Source: Candidatus Bruticola sp.
GTDB lineage: Bacteria > Vulcanimicrobiota > Xenobia > Xenobiales > Xenobiaceae
Assembly: GCA_051874735.1 (NCBI GenBank)
Contig: JBJEGD010000010.1
Location: 1 to 61,573, forward strand
Length of the DNA: 61,573 nt
Reading direction: 5' to 3'
The position numbers and the translations under genes are program-made. Under the pieces are notes generated by a model that had not been told where the DNA came from, made no database searches, and was given only the letters and a program-made list of their open reading frames with translations. This document shows, one piece after another, positions 9,380 to 18,484 of this stretch. Position 1 is the stretch's first letter, and each line of letters starts with the position of its first letter.

Positions 9380-10156
9380 CTAGGCTGGCCCATTTATTTT
9401 TTTCATGGCCAAATGGTACCAAGAGGCCAGCCATAGTCCAAAACAGGCTCCCATAATCATCAGTCCGCCGCTCAGCCACGGATCGGGAAGCTGCATAGGG
9501 TCAAATTTGAAAAAGTTATTCATAAAAATATTAGCTCCTCCAGAGAGCGGTAAGGCTATCAGTAAGCCCATAGAAGGCCAAAATTGACGCCTGATATGCC
9601 ACTTTCTGGCTACAGCAAAAGTTAAAGTAAAGGCTATAGGAAAAGCCAGCCAGTCCGCTCCTGGAGCTAATGGAGCCAGCAGTATACAAGAACTACAGGA
9701 ACTCCATAATATTACTAAAAGACCGCGCCTTTCTTCTCGGCGCAATCTGGATATAGTAAATAGCTTAGCCGATTCACTGAGCGGTTCTTCTTTGTAGTTA
9801 GTCGGCAATTCTGCTCCTAGTTTATTGCCCAAATACCAGCAAAGCATGACTGGAGCTGGCAGCCAAGCCTGAGAAAGCCACTGCGACGGAGAAATAATAT
9901 GCACAATACCGACAGCGGTGAAAGCTGAACCGGCAGCGAACAATTCCCAACCTGGGGCTTTAGCTTGCATAATTAATCCGCCTAAAGTTCCGGCAATTAA
10001 AGCTGCTGCTGCAGCTCTTAGGTCATCCGCCGGAGCTAGAGCAAACATAAAGCCGAATACCATAAAACTTATAAAATAGGCCGCTAAGAGGCGTATATAA
10101 ATAATTGCACTGCTCCATTTAAACATGTCGCCAATGTTTTTAGCCCTACTAGGCAA
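9380..10156 (-). CDS. Hypothetical multi-pass membrane protein (about 8 TM helices)
   Basis: 258-aa ORF of mostly hydrophobic helices with a central charged loop; no family recognised. Confidence 0.6.
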   Translation of the reverse strand: MPSRAKNIGDMFKWSSAIIYIRLLAAYFISFMVFGFMFALAPADDLRAAAAALIAGTLGGLIMQAKAPGWELFAAGSAFTAVGIVHIISPSQWLSQAWLPAPVMLCWYLGNKLGAELPTNYKEEPLSESAKLFTISRLRREERRGLLVILWSSCSSCILLAPLAPGADWLAFPIAFTLTFAVARKWHIRRQFWPSMGLLIALPLSGGANIFMNNFFKFDPMQLPDPWLSGGLMIMGACFGLWLASWYHLAMKKINGPA

Positions 10157-10239
10157 AACCTTCTCTTAACTTTTGAAGGAAAAAGAGATCATAGTAAGTA
10201 AAGAGCAAACTTCATATTAGAGGAGTATATTTAATTGCA

Positions 10240-10728
10240 GTGACTGATTTATCTGAGCGTCAAATTATAAATATAGAAGTTAAAGATAACGGTGCTGGCA
10301 TGAATTTGGAACAAATAAAAGACGTTCTGCCTCACCGCGATCCTTTTTTGCTGGTCGATGAAGTCTCTTACTACGATGGACTTAACGCAGCTTGCGGTTT
10401 AAAAAAGTTGACAGGCCAGGAGTATTTTTTCAATAATTGCTCCGATTCTAAACCAGAACTACCTAAACCCATCTTAATCGAAATTATGGCTCAGTTAGGG
10501 GCTTCCTGTGTGCTCAATCATCCCAACTATAAGGGCAAGCTTATTCTGTTCGCAACCGTTGAAGAGTGTGCTTTCGGTAAGGCCCCGGTGGTAGGTGATA
10601 ATTTAGAAATTAGAGTAGAAACTCGCGGTATGCGCCGCGGTGTGGGACGGATGAGAGCTCAGTGTCTAGTTGAAGGAGAACTTAGAGCTGATGGTCTGCT
10701 TATGTTCGCTATAGCCGATCGCGATTAA
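10240..10728 (+). CDS. FabZ-like hotdog-fold protein (3-hydroxyacyl-ACP dehydratase homolog) lacking the catalytic His
   Basis: LPHRDPFLLVD, ILIEIMAQ, F...PVVGD.L. The GHFP motif is replaced by NCSD. Confidence 0.85.
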   Translation: MTDLSERQIINIEVKDNGAGMNLEQIKDVLPHRDPFLLVDEVSYYDGLNAACGLKKLTGQEYFFNNCSDSKPELPKPILIEIMAQLGASCVLNHPNYKGKLILFATVEECAFGKAPVVGDNLEIRVETRGMRRGVGRMRAQCLVEGELRADGLLMFAIADRD

Positions 10729-10760
10729 TTTGCTAAAGTGGGCAGTTGAAAAGTTTATTT

Positions 10761-10811
10761 CACTAGCTGGGTAGAGTTGGGTTGAGCAATTGTCTTCCCG
10801 GCTAGTGTTTT
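10761..10811 (+). terminator. Probable intrinsic terminator or hairpin after the fabZ-like gene
   Basis: CACTAGCTGGG...CCCGGCTAGTG inverted repeat followed by TTTT. Confidence 0.5.
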
Positions 10812-10863
10812 ATTGTTTAGGTTGCCGTGGGCAATTTAATACTATAAGAAAAGATAATTTTTT

Positions 10864-12144
10864 ATGTCTAGTTGGAAAAATTCATTATTAAATTTAGGCA
10901 TAGCCCCCGAATTGTCTGAATTAGCTTGGCAAGGCATGGAGGCTACTGAACAATTACGCAGCCAAATTAGGCAGAAAGCTTCTATCAATCAATGGAAAGT
11001 GCTGCAGGTACTGCAGGAAGTCGGCTTGATGGAAGGTCATTTTTTCCCTACTACTGGTTACGGTTTCTGTGACAGTGGTCGTGACGCTCTCGATGAAGCG
11101 ATAGCTAAAATATTTAGGGCTGAAGCTGGGGCGATGCGTCTGCAGTTCGTTTCTGGAACTCACGCTTTGGCGGCAGCTTTATTCGGGGCTTTGAAGCCGG
11201 GCGATGAATTGCTTAGCATTACAGGTTTACCCTACGATACTATGCAGCCAGTTATCGGTATCGGTGAAGCTAAACGCGGTTCCTTGGCCTTTTGGGGAGT
11301 TTCCTACCGCCAGATAGAACTACTGCCCACTGGTCATATCGATTTGGAAAGTGTCAAGGAACAGCTGAATGATCGCACAGCCTTAGTCCTGATTCAGCGC
11401 TCCCGCGGCTACGCTTGGCGTCCTTCCTTGTCATTAGCTGAAATTGAACAGGCTGCTAGTTTAATTCACTCTTTAGCTCCCCAAGTTAAAGTTATGGTCG
11501 ATAACTGCTACGGAGAATTAGTCGATACTATCGAGCCTACCGAAGTGGGGGCCGATTTAATAGCCGGCTCTCTTATTAAGAATTTGGGCGGAGCTATCGC
11601 GCCTTGCGGCGGCTACATTGCCGGAAAAGAAGAGTGTGTGGCTGGAGCTATGGAGCGTTTGACGGCTCCCGGTATCGGCCCCGATGAAGGGCCTACTTTA
11701 GGATACAATCGCCTGTTAGCCCAAGGCCTTTTTATGGCTCCGATTGTTGTAGGAGCCGCTTTAGAAGGAGCTGTCTGGGGAGCTTGGGTTATGGAGCAGA
11801 GCGGTTTAGAAGTCTTTCCGAAATGGAATGATCCCCGCAGTGACATTATTCAAGCTGTGCGTGTAGGTTCTGCCGAAGGGCAGAAAGCTTTCTGTTTAGG
11901 CATTCAAAAGGCTGGTCCCGTCGATCATAGCGCTTGTCCTATTCCTTTGCAGCAGCCAGGATACGATGATCCAGTTATTATGGCTGGAGGTACTTTTATT
12001 CAAGGCTCTTCTATAGAGCTGTCCGCTGACTGTCCCGTGCGTCCTCCTTACGGATGTTATATGCAGGGAGGCGTCAGTTTCGCTCACGTTCAGATCGGAG
12101 TTCTGCGGGCTTTGCAGGAAATGAAGAACTGCGGTCTTCTGTAA
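10864..12144 (+). CDS. PLP-dependent methionine gamma-lyase family protein (YnbB / aluminium-resistance type)
   Basis: TTGYG...GRD, QFVSGTHA, PYDT, IQRSRGY, DNCYGE, AGSLIKN.GG (PLP Lys), MAGGTFIQGSSIELSAD. Confidence 0.93.
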   Translation: MSSWKNSLLNLGIAPELSELAWQGMEATEQLRSQIRQKASINQWKVLQVLQEVGLMEGHFFPTTGYGFCDSGRDALDEAIAKIFRAEAGAMRLQFVSGTHALAAALFGALKPGDELLSITGLPYDTMQPVIGIGEAKRGSLAFWGVSYRQIELLPTGHIDLESVKEQLNDRTALVLIQRSRGYAWRPSLSLAEIEQAASLIHSLAPQVKVMVDNCYGELVDTIEPTEVGADLIAGSLIKNLGGAIAPCGGYIAGKEECVAGAMERLTAPGIGPDEGPTLGYNRLLAQGLFMAPIVVGAALEGAVWGAWVMEQSGLEVFPKWNDPRSDIIQAVRVGSAEGQKAFCLGIQKAGPVDHSACPIPLQQPGYDDPVIMAGGTFIQGSSIELSADCPVRPPYGCYMQGGVSFAHVQIGVLRALQEMKNCGLL

Positions 12145-12204
12145 CTAGCCTATACTTTTTCTGTATTTACTGAGTTTGTTAACAAACTCTAGACAGGGGA
12201 TACT

Positions 12205-13047
12205 ATGAAAGATTCCAACCGCCTGATCGGCATATTCGATTCCGGAGTAGGGGGACTTACCGTAGCCGAGCAGATAGACAAAGGGCTGCCCAACGTTCCT
12301 TTTATATTTTTTGGCGATACTAAACATGTACCTTACGGTAACCGCAGTGCTGCTGAAGTGGTCAGTTTAATAGATTCCGTCTGCCATCATTTGATTGATA
12401 GTGGTGCGCAGGCTTTAGTTATGGCCTGTAATACTTCTTCTGCTTTAGCTTTTGATCATGTCGCCAGTTGGTCGCCGGCCCCGGTTATAGGCATCATTGA
12501 AGAGGCAGCCAAAGCAGCTGTGCAGACTACTCGCAACGGAGCTATAGGAGTGATGGCTAACGCCTTGACAGCTGCCAGCGGTGCTTATGAAAAAGCCTGC
12601 GCCCAGGCTTGGGCTTCGTTAACAGACCATAAATTCTCAGTTGCGTCTGAAGTGCGCGTTTTCCCGATCGGTTGTCCTAAGCTCGTCCCTCTTATTGAAC
12701 GCGGAGAGATAAATGGAACGGAAGCTCGTCAGTCCGTTCGAGAATATTTAGAGCCTCTGCTGTGTTCCGGCATTGATACTTTAATATTGGGCTGCACCCA
12801 TTATCCTTTTGTGCGTCCTCTTATTGAGGAGCTGGGCGGGGCTGACTTAAAAATTATTGATCCGGCTTTTTTCGTAGTTAAGCGGTTGCGCGAATTAGGT
12901 TTTGGCTCTGCTGTTGATGGCCCAGTACCAGCAAAAAAAGCCGCTCGTTTGTATCAAGCTAGCGGCAGTGCCGCCGACTTCGCCGAAGTGGGCAGCCGTC
13001 TGCTTGGCCATATTATATCTCCCGTAGAGAAAGTTGAACTTTCTTAA
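12205..13047 (+). CDS. murI: Glutamate racemase
   Basis: IFDSGVGGLTV, PYG, ACNTSS and LGCTHYP (both catalytic Cys present). Confidence 0.96.
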   Translation: MKDSNRLIGIFDSGVGGLTVAEQIDKGLPNVPFIFFGDTKHVPYGNRSAAEVVSLIDSVCHHLIDSGAQALVMACNTSSALAFDHVASWSPAPVIGIIEEAAKAAVQTTRNGAIGVMANALTAASGAYEKACAQAWASLTDHKFSVASEVRVFPIGCPKLVPLIERGEINGTEARQSVREYLEPLLCSGIDTLILGCTHYPFVRPLIEELGGADLKIIDPAFFVVKRLRELGFGSAVDGPVPAKKAARLYQASGSAADFAEVGSRLLGHIISPVEKVELS

Positions 13048-13081
13048 AGGTAGAGAACAACAGATTAGAACGGAATAGAAT

Positions 13082-13972
13082 ATGCCGGAACAAATTACTC
13101 TTCTTCAGTCCTTTATTTTAGGTGTAGTGGAAGGCATTACTGAGTTTTTGCCTATCTCTTCTACCGGCCATCTGCTGGTGTGCTCCCAATTAATTGGAGC
13201 CGCCAACACTTCAGGCACTTTTGAAATAGTTATCCAGTTAGGAGCTATTATTGCTGTAGTTATTTACTACTGGAAACGTCTTTGGGAAAAAGCGGTTCAG
13301 CTGTTTAAAGATGGTTCATCGGCTTTTGACTGGCGCAGCGAGTCTTCCTCAGCCCATTTTTGGCTCAGTCTGTTTCTGGCTTTCTTACCGGCTGCTGCAG
13401 TCGGTCTGCTTTTGCATGATTGGATCGATATTCTGCTGGGAGACGGCAAAATGCAAGCTTATGTAATAGCTGCCGCCTTATTTATCGGAGGAATTATTCT
13501 GCTGATAGCCGATCGCGAACCATCAGCACATCATTCTGAAGCTGTTGAAGCCCAGGCACAGTCGGCAGATCAGCAAGATTGCCGCTTAACTTATAAACAA
13601 GCTTTTTGGATTGGGGTGGCGCAGTGTTTTTCCCTTATTCCCGGCGTTTCCCGTTCAGGTTCGACTATTGTGGGCGGTTTGCTGGTCGGCTTGAACCGCT
13701 CTCAAGCTACCGATTTTTCTTTCTTCCTGTCTATACCTACTTTAGGAGCAGCTACCGTATACACTTTAGTGCGCAACTATCAGAAGGTTGTTGAAATAGG
13801 CGGTTTAGGGGCTCTGTCGGTAGGTACTGTAGTATCATTTGTAACTGCTTTTGCCGCTATCGGCTGGCTGTTGCGTTATGTATCATCTAATAATTTCAAA
13901 GGTTTTGCTTACTATCGTATGGCTGCTGGTCTGATTATCGCTCTTTGGGCCTTATTCTTCTATGCTGCCTAA
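13082..13972 (+). CDS. uppP: Undecaprenyl-diphosphate phosphatase (BacA)
   Basis: GVVEGITEFLPISSTGH, IQLGAI, PGVSRSGST, FSFFLSIP, FAYYR. Confidence 0.96.
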   Translation: MPEQITLLQSFILGVVEGITEFLPISSTGHLLVCSQLIGAANTSGTFEIVIQLGAIIAVVIYYWKRLWEKAVQLFKDGSSAFDWRSESSSAHFWLSLFLAFLPAAAVGLLLHDWIDILLGDGKMQAYVIAAALFIGGIILLIADREPSAHHSEAVEAQAQSADQQDCRLTYKQAFWIGVAQCFSLIPGVSRSGSTIVGGLLVGLNRSQATDFSFFLSIPTLGAATVYTLVRNYQKVVEIGGLGALSVGTVVSFVTAFAAIGWLLRYVSSNNFKGFAYYRMAAGLIIALWALFFYAA

Positions 13973-14010
13973 GTTTGAATCGTTTATTTTTTGATGCCTG
14001 AATAACTGGT

Positions 14011-14042
14011 AAGGCCGCTGCAGATATATCTGCAGCGGCCTT
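14011..14042. repeat. Perfect 32-bp palindrome (terminator-like hairpin) between uppP and anmK
   Basis: AAGGCCGCTGCAGATA|TATCTGCAGCGGCCTT read directly from the sequence. Confidence 0.85.
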
Positions 14043-14096
14043 TCGTCCCGCTGGGCTTTTACTAGGCAGGATGGAGTCTTTTTTAGGGAGCTAATT

Positions 14097-15263
14097 ATGG
14101 ATTTAATAGCAAAATATCGCTCTTTAGCTGTGCCTAGGGTGGTAGGTCTCATGTCGGGAACTTCTATTGATGGTGTGGATGCTGTTTTAACGGAAATACA
14201 TGGCGGCTTGCCTAAATTTGTGAGAATTAGTTCGCTGTCTCTGCCAGTTGAAATCAGGAATCGCCTGCTCAATATTTGTCAAAATAGAGCCGATGTAGTT
14301 GAAGTAAGCAGAATGCACTGGCTGATGGGAGAAATTTTGGCGCAAGCAGTCTTGCATTTACAAGAAGAATGTCGCCAAGCTGGTGAAAACGATCACATAG
14401 ATTTGGTTGCCTCCCATGGACAGACCATTTGCCATTTGCCTACAGCCGCCGATTATTTATCCCATCGAGTGCGAGCCACTTTGCAAATAGGCGAAGGAGC
14501 GGTTATTGCTGAGCGCACAGGAATTTTAACCGTTTGTGATTTCCGCCCGCAAGATTTAGCCGTTGGAGGTCAGGGGGCTCCTTTGGTACCGTTTGCCGAT
14601 TGGTTGCTTTTTAAATCTGAAGATGTCGACCGTATAGCTTTAAATATAGGCGGCATTTCCAACATTACTTATATTCCGTCTATGGGTGAATGCACAGCTT
14701 GTGATTGTGGGCCTGGTAACGCTTTGTGCGATCGGTTAGCTGAAATTTACCGGCAGCAGCCTTGTGATTGGGGCGGAGAGTTGGCTCTGAGCGGCAAAAT
14801 TATTCCTAAGCTGCTTCGTAAACTTATGGCCCATCCTTATTTGAGCCTGCCCGCTCCCAAATCGACTGGACGCGAAGAGTTTGGGGCTCCTTTAGCTGAC
14901 AGCTTGGCTGCGGAAGCGTCAAGAGAGGGATGGAAGGAGGCTGATCTGATGTGCACCGCCGCCGCTTTTACAGCTCAGTCTATAGCTCTGCATATTAAAC
15001 GTGTGACGGGCGGAAAATTCTGTCAAATATTAACTGGCGGCGGAGGGGTTCACAACCGAGCTATTATGGGAGAATTGGGCCACCTACTTGAAGGGGCAGC
15101 TGCTTTTGTCAGTATGGAAGAATGCGGTGTGCCAACTCAAGCTAGGGAGGCTATGGCTTTTGCTCTATTCGGACACCGCACCGTGTGGGGCTTAGAGGCC
15201 AACTTGCCGGAGGCTACTGGTGCCGCAAAAACTTGCTGTTTGGGAAAAATAGTCTTGCCTTAA
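14097..15263 (+). CDS. anmK: Anhydro-N-acetylmuramic acid kinase
   Basis: GLMSGTSIDGVD, SHGQT, DFR, GGQGAPL, NIGGISN, DCGPGN, PKSTGRE, GGGV.N, EAMAFA. Confidence 0.95.
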   Translation: MDLIAKYRSLAVPRVVGLMSGTSIDGVDAVLTEIHGGLPKFVRISSLSLPVEIRNRLLNICQNRADVVEVSRMHWLMGEILAQAVLHLQEECRQAGENDHIDLVASHGQTICHLPTAADYLSHRVRATLQIGEGAVIAERTGILTVCDFRPQDLAVGGQGAPLVPFADWLLFKSEDVDRIALNIGGISNITYIPSMGECTACDCGPGNALCDRLAEIYRQQPCDWGGELALSGKIIPKLLRKLMAHPYLSLPAPKSTGREEFGAPLADSLAAEASREGWKEADLMCTAAAFTAQSIALHIKRVTGGKFCQILTGGGGVHNRAIMGELGHLLEGAAAFVSMEECGVPTQAREAMAFALFGHRTVWGLEANLPEATGAAKTCCLGKIVLP

Positions 15264-15461
15264 CTAAGTTAAGATGCTGTTTGTCAGTTTAAGTTTGAGG
15301 AATTAGGCCAGTAGGGGGAAGTACTTTTGCTTCCCGCGAAGATCCGAGCGGATAGCGGCTTTTTGCAGTCTATAATTGAAGAAAAAAATCTGTTGGAGCC
15401 CGCGACACTTTATTCTGGCAAGTACAGTGTCTACTTCTTACTTTAAGGAACATTCTGAAGA

Positions 15462-18068
15462 ATGCAGATTATTTTGTCTCACTCCCGAGCAGATTTTGGC
15501 GCTTTAGCCTCTCTGATTTTAGCTCGCCATCTTTATCCGCAGGGCCATATTTATTTAATCGGACGGGCTGAACCGAGAACGCGTGAATTTATTGTTCAGA
15601 ACAGCAAGCGTTTAAATGTCCATTTTGAAGAAGAATACCACAATGAACCGGTAGAATTGGTTGTTTTAGTGGGAGTGCGCGAACCTCACCGTTTGGGGAA
15701 ATTTTCCGATTTAGTTACTCAACCTTATGTCCCCGTCCATATTTATGACAACCACCAGGCCACCCATCAGTCTATTATGGGCGATTTTGAGTTTATTGAA
15801 GAGAATGGCTCTTCTGTAACTGTGTTGCGGCGGGTGCTGCAACAGAAAAAAATTGACGTTTCAACTTTTGAAGCTACACTCAGTCTTTTAGGACTTTATG
15901 AAGATACCGGCTCCCTGACTTACAGCAGTACTACCTGTGAAGATTTTTTGACGGCCGCTTATATGCTGAAAGTCGGCGGTCGTTTAGAAGCTGTCTCTAT
16001 TCTGAGCCAGCGACGTCTCAGCTCTGAGCAGAAGTCTTTGGTAGAACAGCTATTATGTTCAGCTTCCTACTGTAAGATAGCCGGACGCCAATGTCTGTTT
16101 GTCGCTGCTCAAATAGATTATCATCTTGATGACCTTTCTTCAGTAGCTGACCAAATTATGGAAGTAGAAAATCCTGAAGTGCTTTTCTGCGTGATCAACA
16201 TGGCGAAACGTTCCTATATTGTGGCTCGCAGCTTACCAGCTTCTATCGATGTATTTGCAATATTGCACGAGCTCGGCGGGGCTGGTCACGCTACTTCGGC
16301 TTTTGCCTGTGTGAAATTACACTCTTTAGATAAGTTAATTGAAGAAATTAAAAATATCGCAGAATCGAGAGCTCCGCGCCTGCTAGTGGCCCAAGATATT
16401 ATGAGTGCTCCCGTAGAAGGTCTAGATACCGAAGAACATTTAACCGTAGCCCAAGCTGCTGAAAAATTGCAAAAAATGAGCCATTCAGCCGTTTGTGCCT
16501 GCCGCGGCCGACAGTATATAGGTATGCTTTCCAGAGCGGATATAGACAAAGCTTTGCTGCACGGTTTGCAAAATGAATCTGCTGAAACTTACATAAATCA
16601 GGATTGTACAGCTGTAGCTCCCGATACTCCTATTTCAGAAGTGCGCCGTATTTTGGCTGAAAATTCCTTGGGCTGTGCTCCAGTTTTAGATAATGGTAAG
16701 TTAATCGGTATAGTTAGTAAGATCGACATTCTCAGAGCTTTAAATACTCTAGAAAATGATCGTTTTGTCAGCCGCCGGGATAATTTAGTGCCGGTAGAGT
16801 TTGTGCGTCTTAGCGCGGAAACTCTTACGTTATTGAAACGATGCGGAGAGATTGGTTCAGAAATAGGCTTAAAAATTTTTGCGGTGGGCGGTTTTGTGCG
16901 CGATATGCTGCTCCATATAGCCAATAATGATATCGATTTAGTGGCCGAGGGAGATGGTATATCTTTTGCTAAGCTTTTAGCGGAGCGTTTGGGAGGCGTA
17001 TGTAAAGTTCATGAAACTTTTGCTACAGCTCAAGTATGTTTGCCCGACGGTTTAAAGCTCGATGTAGTTACAGCGCGCACCGAAACTTACACGCGTCCGG
17101 CCGCTTTGCCTGATGTTCAGGGCAGCACGCTTAAACAAGATTTGTTTCGGCGCGATTTTAGCATCAATGCTATGGCTTTGCAGCTTGATGGCGATAACTT
17201 CGGTCAGCTTATAGACTTCTTTGGAGCTCGTTCCGATTTAGAGAAAGGCACGGTGCGCATTCTCCACAATCTATCTTTTGTAGATGATCCTACGCGGATA
17301 TTCCGAGCTATCAAGTTTGAACAGCGCTATGGCTTCCATATGGATCGCAATACTGTCCATCTGCTGCGTTCCGCTGTGAATATGGGCTTAGTGAAAATGG
17401 TCAGCGCAGAGCGTTTGGGCAACGAACTTTGGCAAATTTTGCAGGAGCCCTCGCCGCGCAGCAGCCTCATACGCATGGATGAGCTGCAAGTGTTGCAGAC
17501 TTTAGACAGCCGCTTAGAACTTAGTCCGGCTGCTCGTGCTCATTTAGAAAACGGAGAAATACTGGTGCGTGAGTACCGCGATCTTCTAGTAAAAGAAGAA
17601 GCCAGTCTGCCTCTGCTCTATTTAAATATTTTATTGATCGATGCTTTGCCGGCGGCTGATATTGCCAACTTTATAAAAACTTATGCCCTTTTCCCTGGCA
17701 GCGCTCATAAGCTGCTCATTTTAGAATCAGCTCAGATGATTAAGCTATTAAAGCGTTTAGCTGATCCGCAGCTCAGCAAATCTGAACTTTACCAAATGTT
17801 AAAAAAATATTCCTTAGAAGGTAATATTTGCTTAGCTGCCCACAGTGACGACCCTCTGATTAAGAGCCGCATAGCCGATTTTGTGCGAGTACTGCGCTTT
17901 ATTGAGCCGCCTATTAAAGGAGCCGACTTAATAAAAATGGGCTACAAACCCGGTCCGCAATTTTCTCAAATATTACAATGGACTTTGCAGGAGTGTTTAG
18001 AAGAGCGAATCTCCTCAAAAGAGGAAGCTGAAAGGGCCGTTTTGTCAGCTTTTCCTTTACCTAATTAA
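15462..18068 (+). CDS. tRNA nucleotidyltransferase / poly(A) polymerase family with DHH, DHHA1 and CBS domains (A-adding-type architecture)
   Basis: N-terminal DHH-like region, GGAGH (DHHA1), CBS pair, then VGGFVRD, DIDLV, RRDFSINAMA, SFVDDPTRIFRA, G.KPGP. Confidence 0.9.
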   Translation: MQIILSHSRADFGALASLILARHLYPQGHIYLIGRAEPRTREFIVQNSKRLNVHFEEEYHNEPVELVVLVGVREPHRLGKFSDLVTQPYVPVHIYDNHQATHQSIMGDFEFIEENGSSVTVLRRVLQQKKIDVSTFEATLSLLGLYEDTGSLTYSSTTCEDFLTAAYMLKVGGRLEAVSILSQRRLSSEQKSLVEQLLCSASYCKIAGRQCLFVAAQIDYHLDDLSSVADQIMEVENPEVLFCVINMAKRSYIVARSLPASIDVFAILHELGGAGHATSAFACVKLHSLDKLIEEIKNIAESRAPRLLVAQDIMSAPVEGLDTEEHLTVAQAAEKLQKMSHSAVCACRGRQYIGMLSRADIDKALLHGLQNESAETYINQDCTAVAPDTPISEVRRILAENSLGCAPVLDNGKLIGIVSKIDILRALNTLENDRFVSRRDNLVPVEFVRLSAETLTLLKRCGEIGSEIGLKIFAVGGFVRDMLLHIANNDIDLVAEGDGISFAKLLAERLGGVCKVHETFATAQVCLPDGLKLDVVTARTETYTRPAALPDVQGSTLKQDLFRRDFSINAMALQLDGDNFGQLIDFFGARSDLEKGTVRILHNLSFVDDPTRIFRAIKFEQRYGFHMDRNTVHLLRSAVNMGLVKMVSAERLGNELWQILQEPSPRSSLIRMDELQVLQTLDSRLELSPAARAHLENGEILVREYRDLLVKEEASLPLLYLNILLIDALPAADIANFIKTYALFPGSAHKLLILESAQMIKLLKRLADPQLSKSELYQMLKKYSLEGNICLAAHSDDPLIKSRIADFVRVLRFIEPPIKGADLIKMGYKPGPQFSQILQWTLQECLEERISSKEEAERAVLSAFPLPN

Positions 18069-18139
18069 AAAAGACAGCCATCCTTTCAAGGCTGACTGCC
18101 CTTTTTACAACGTGAAGCGTACCGGTGAGGTCGCTTTTT

Positions 18140-18478
18140 TTATATAGTTTGTCCTTCCGCTTCGTGTTCGCAGGCTACAACTGAAGCGTAAGCTGGGTTT
18201 TGAGCTACAAAGTTAGGTATATCTCTCTTGCGTATATGAGCTTGGGGAGCGAGTCCCAGCAGTAATCGGCGGACTTCCCGTACCTCATCGAGAGCAGATA
18301 TAACTTTAAGGAGACGCAGCTTTTGTGAAGCTAATCTTTTATTTCTGCCCGGTTTTAATTTCTGCCAAAAGCCCTGCAGGACGCAGATTTGCTCTCCTAT
18401 GCTCTGAGCTTGGGCGAGCAGTTCTCTTTCGCGTCTTTCTAAAATTTCGTCACCAGTTATATATGCAGAATCGGACAT
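18140..18478 (-). CDS. Hypothetical helical/coiled-coil protein
   Basis: 112-aa ATG ORF starting 6 bp after the upstream co-directional gene. Confidence 0.6.
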   Translation of the reverse strand: MSDSAYITGDEILERRERELLAQAQSIGEQICVLQGFWQKLKPGRNKRLASQKLRLLKVISALDEVREVRRLLLGLAPQAHIRKRDIPNFVAQNPAYASVVACEHEAEGQTI

Positions 18479-18484
18479 AATGTT

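Noticed and set aside
10264-10302. IINIEVKDNGAGM at the FabZ-like N-terminus resembles a GHKL/histidine-kinase G1 box
   Set aside because: Only 13 residues, with no N-box or G2 box, and the following MNLEQIKDVLPHR is the normal FabZ start; most likely coincidence.
13952-14272. Short antisense ORFs in the track (this one and similar ones within tkt, metH, the helicase and speE)
   Set aside because: Each lies mostly or entirely opposite a well-supported gene and shows no protein-family motifs.
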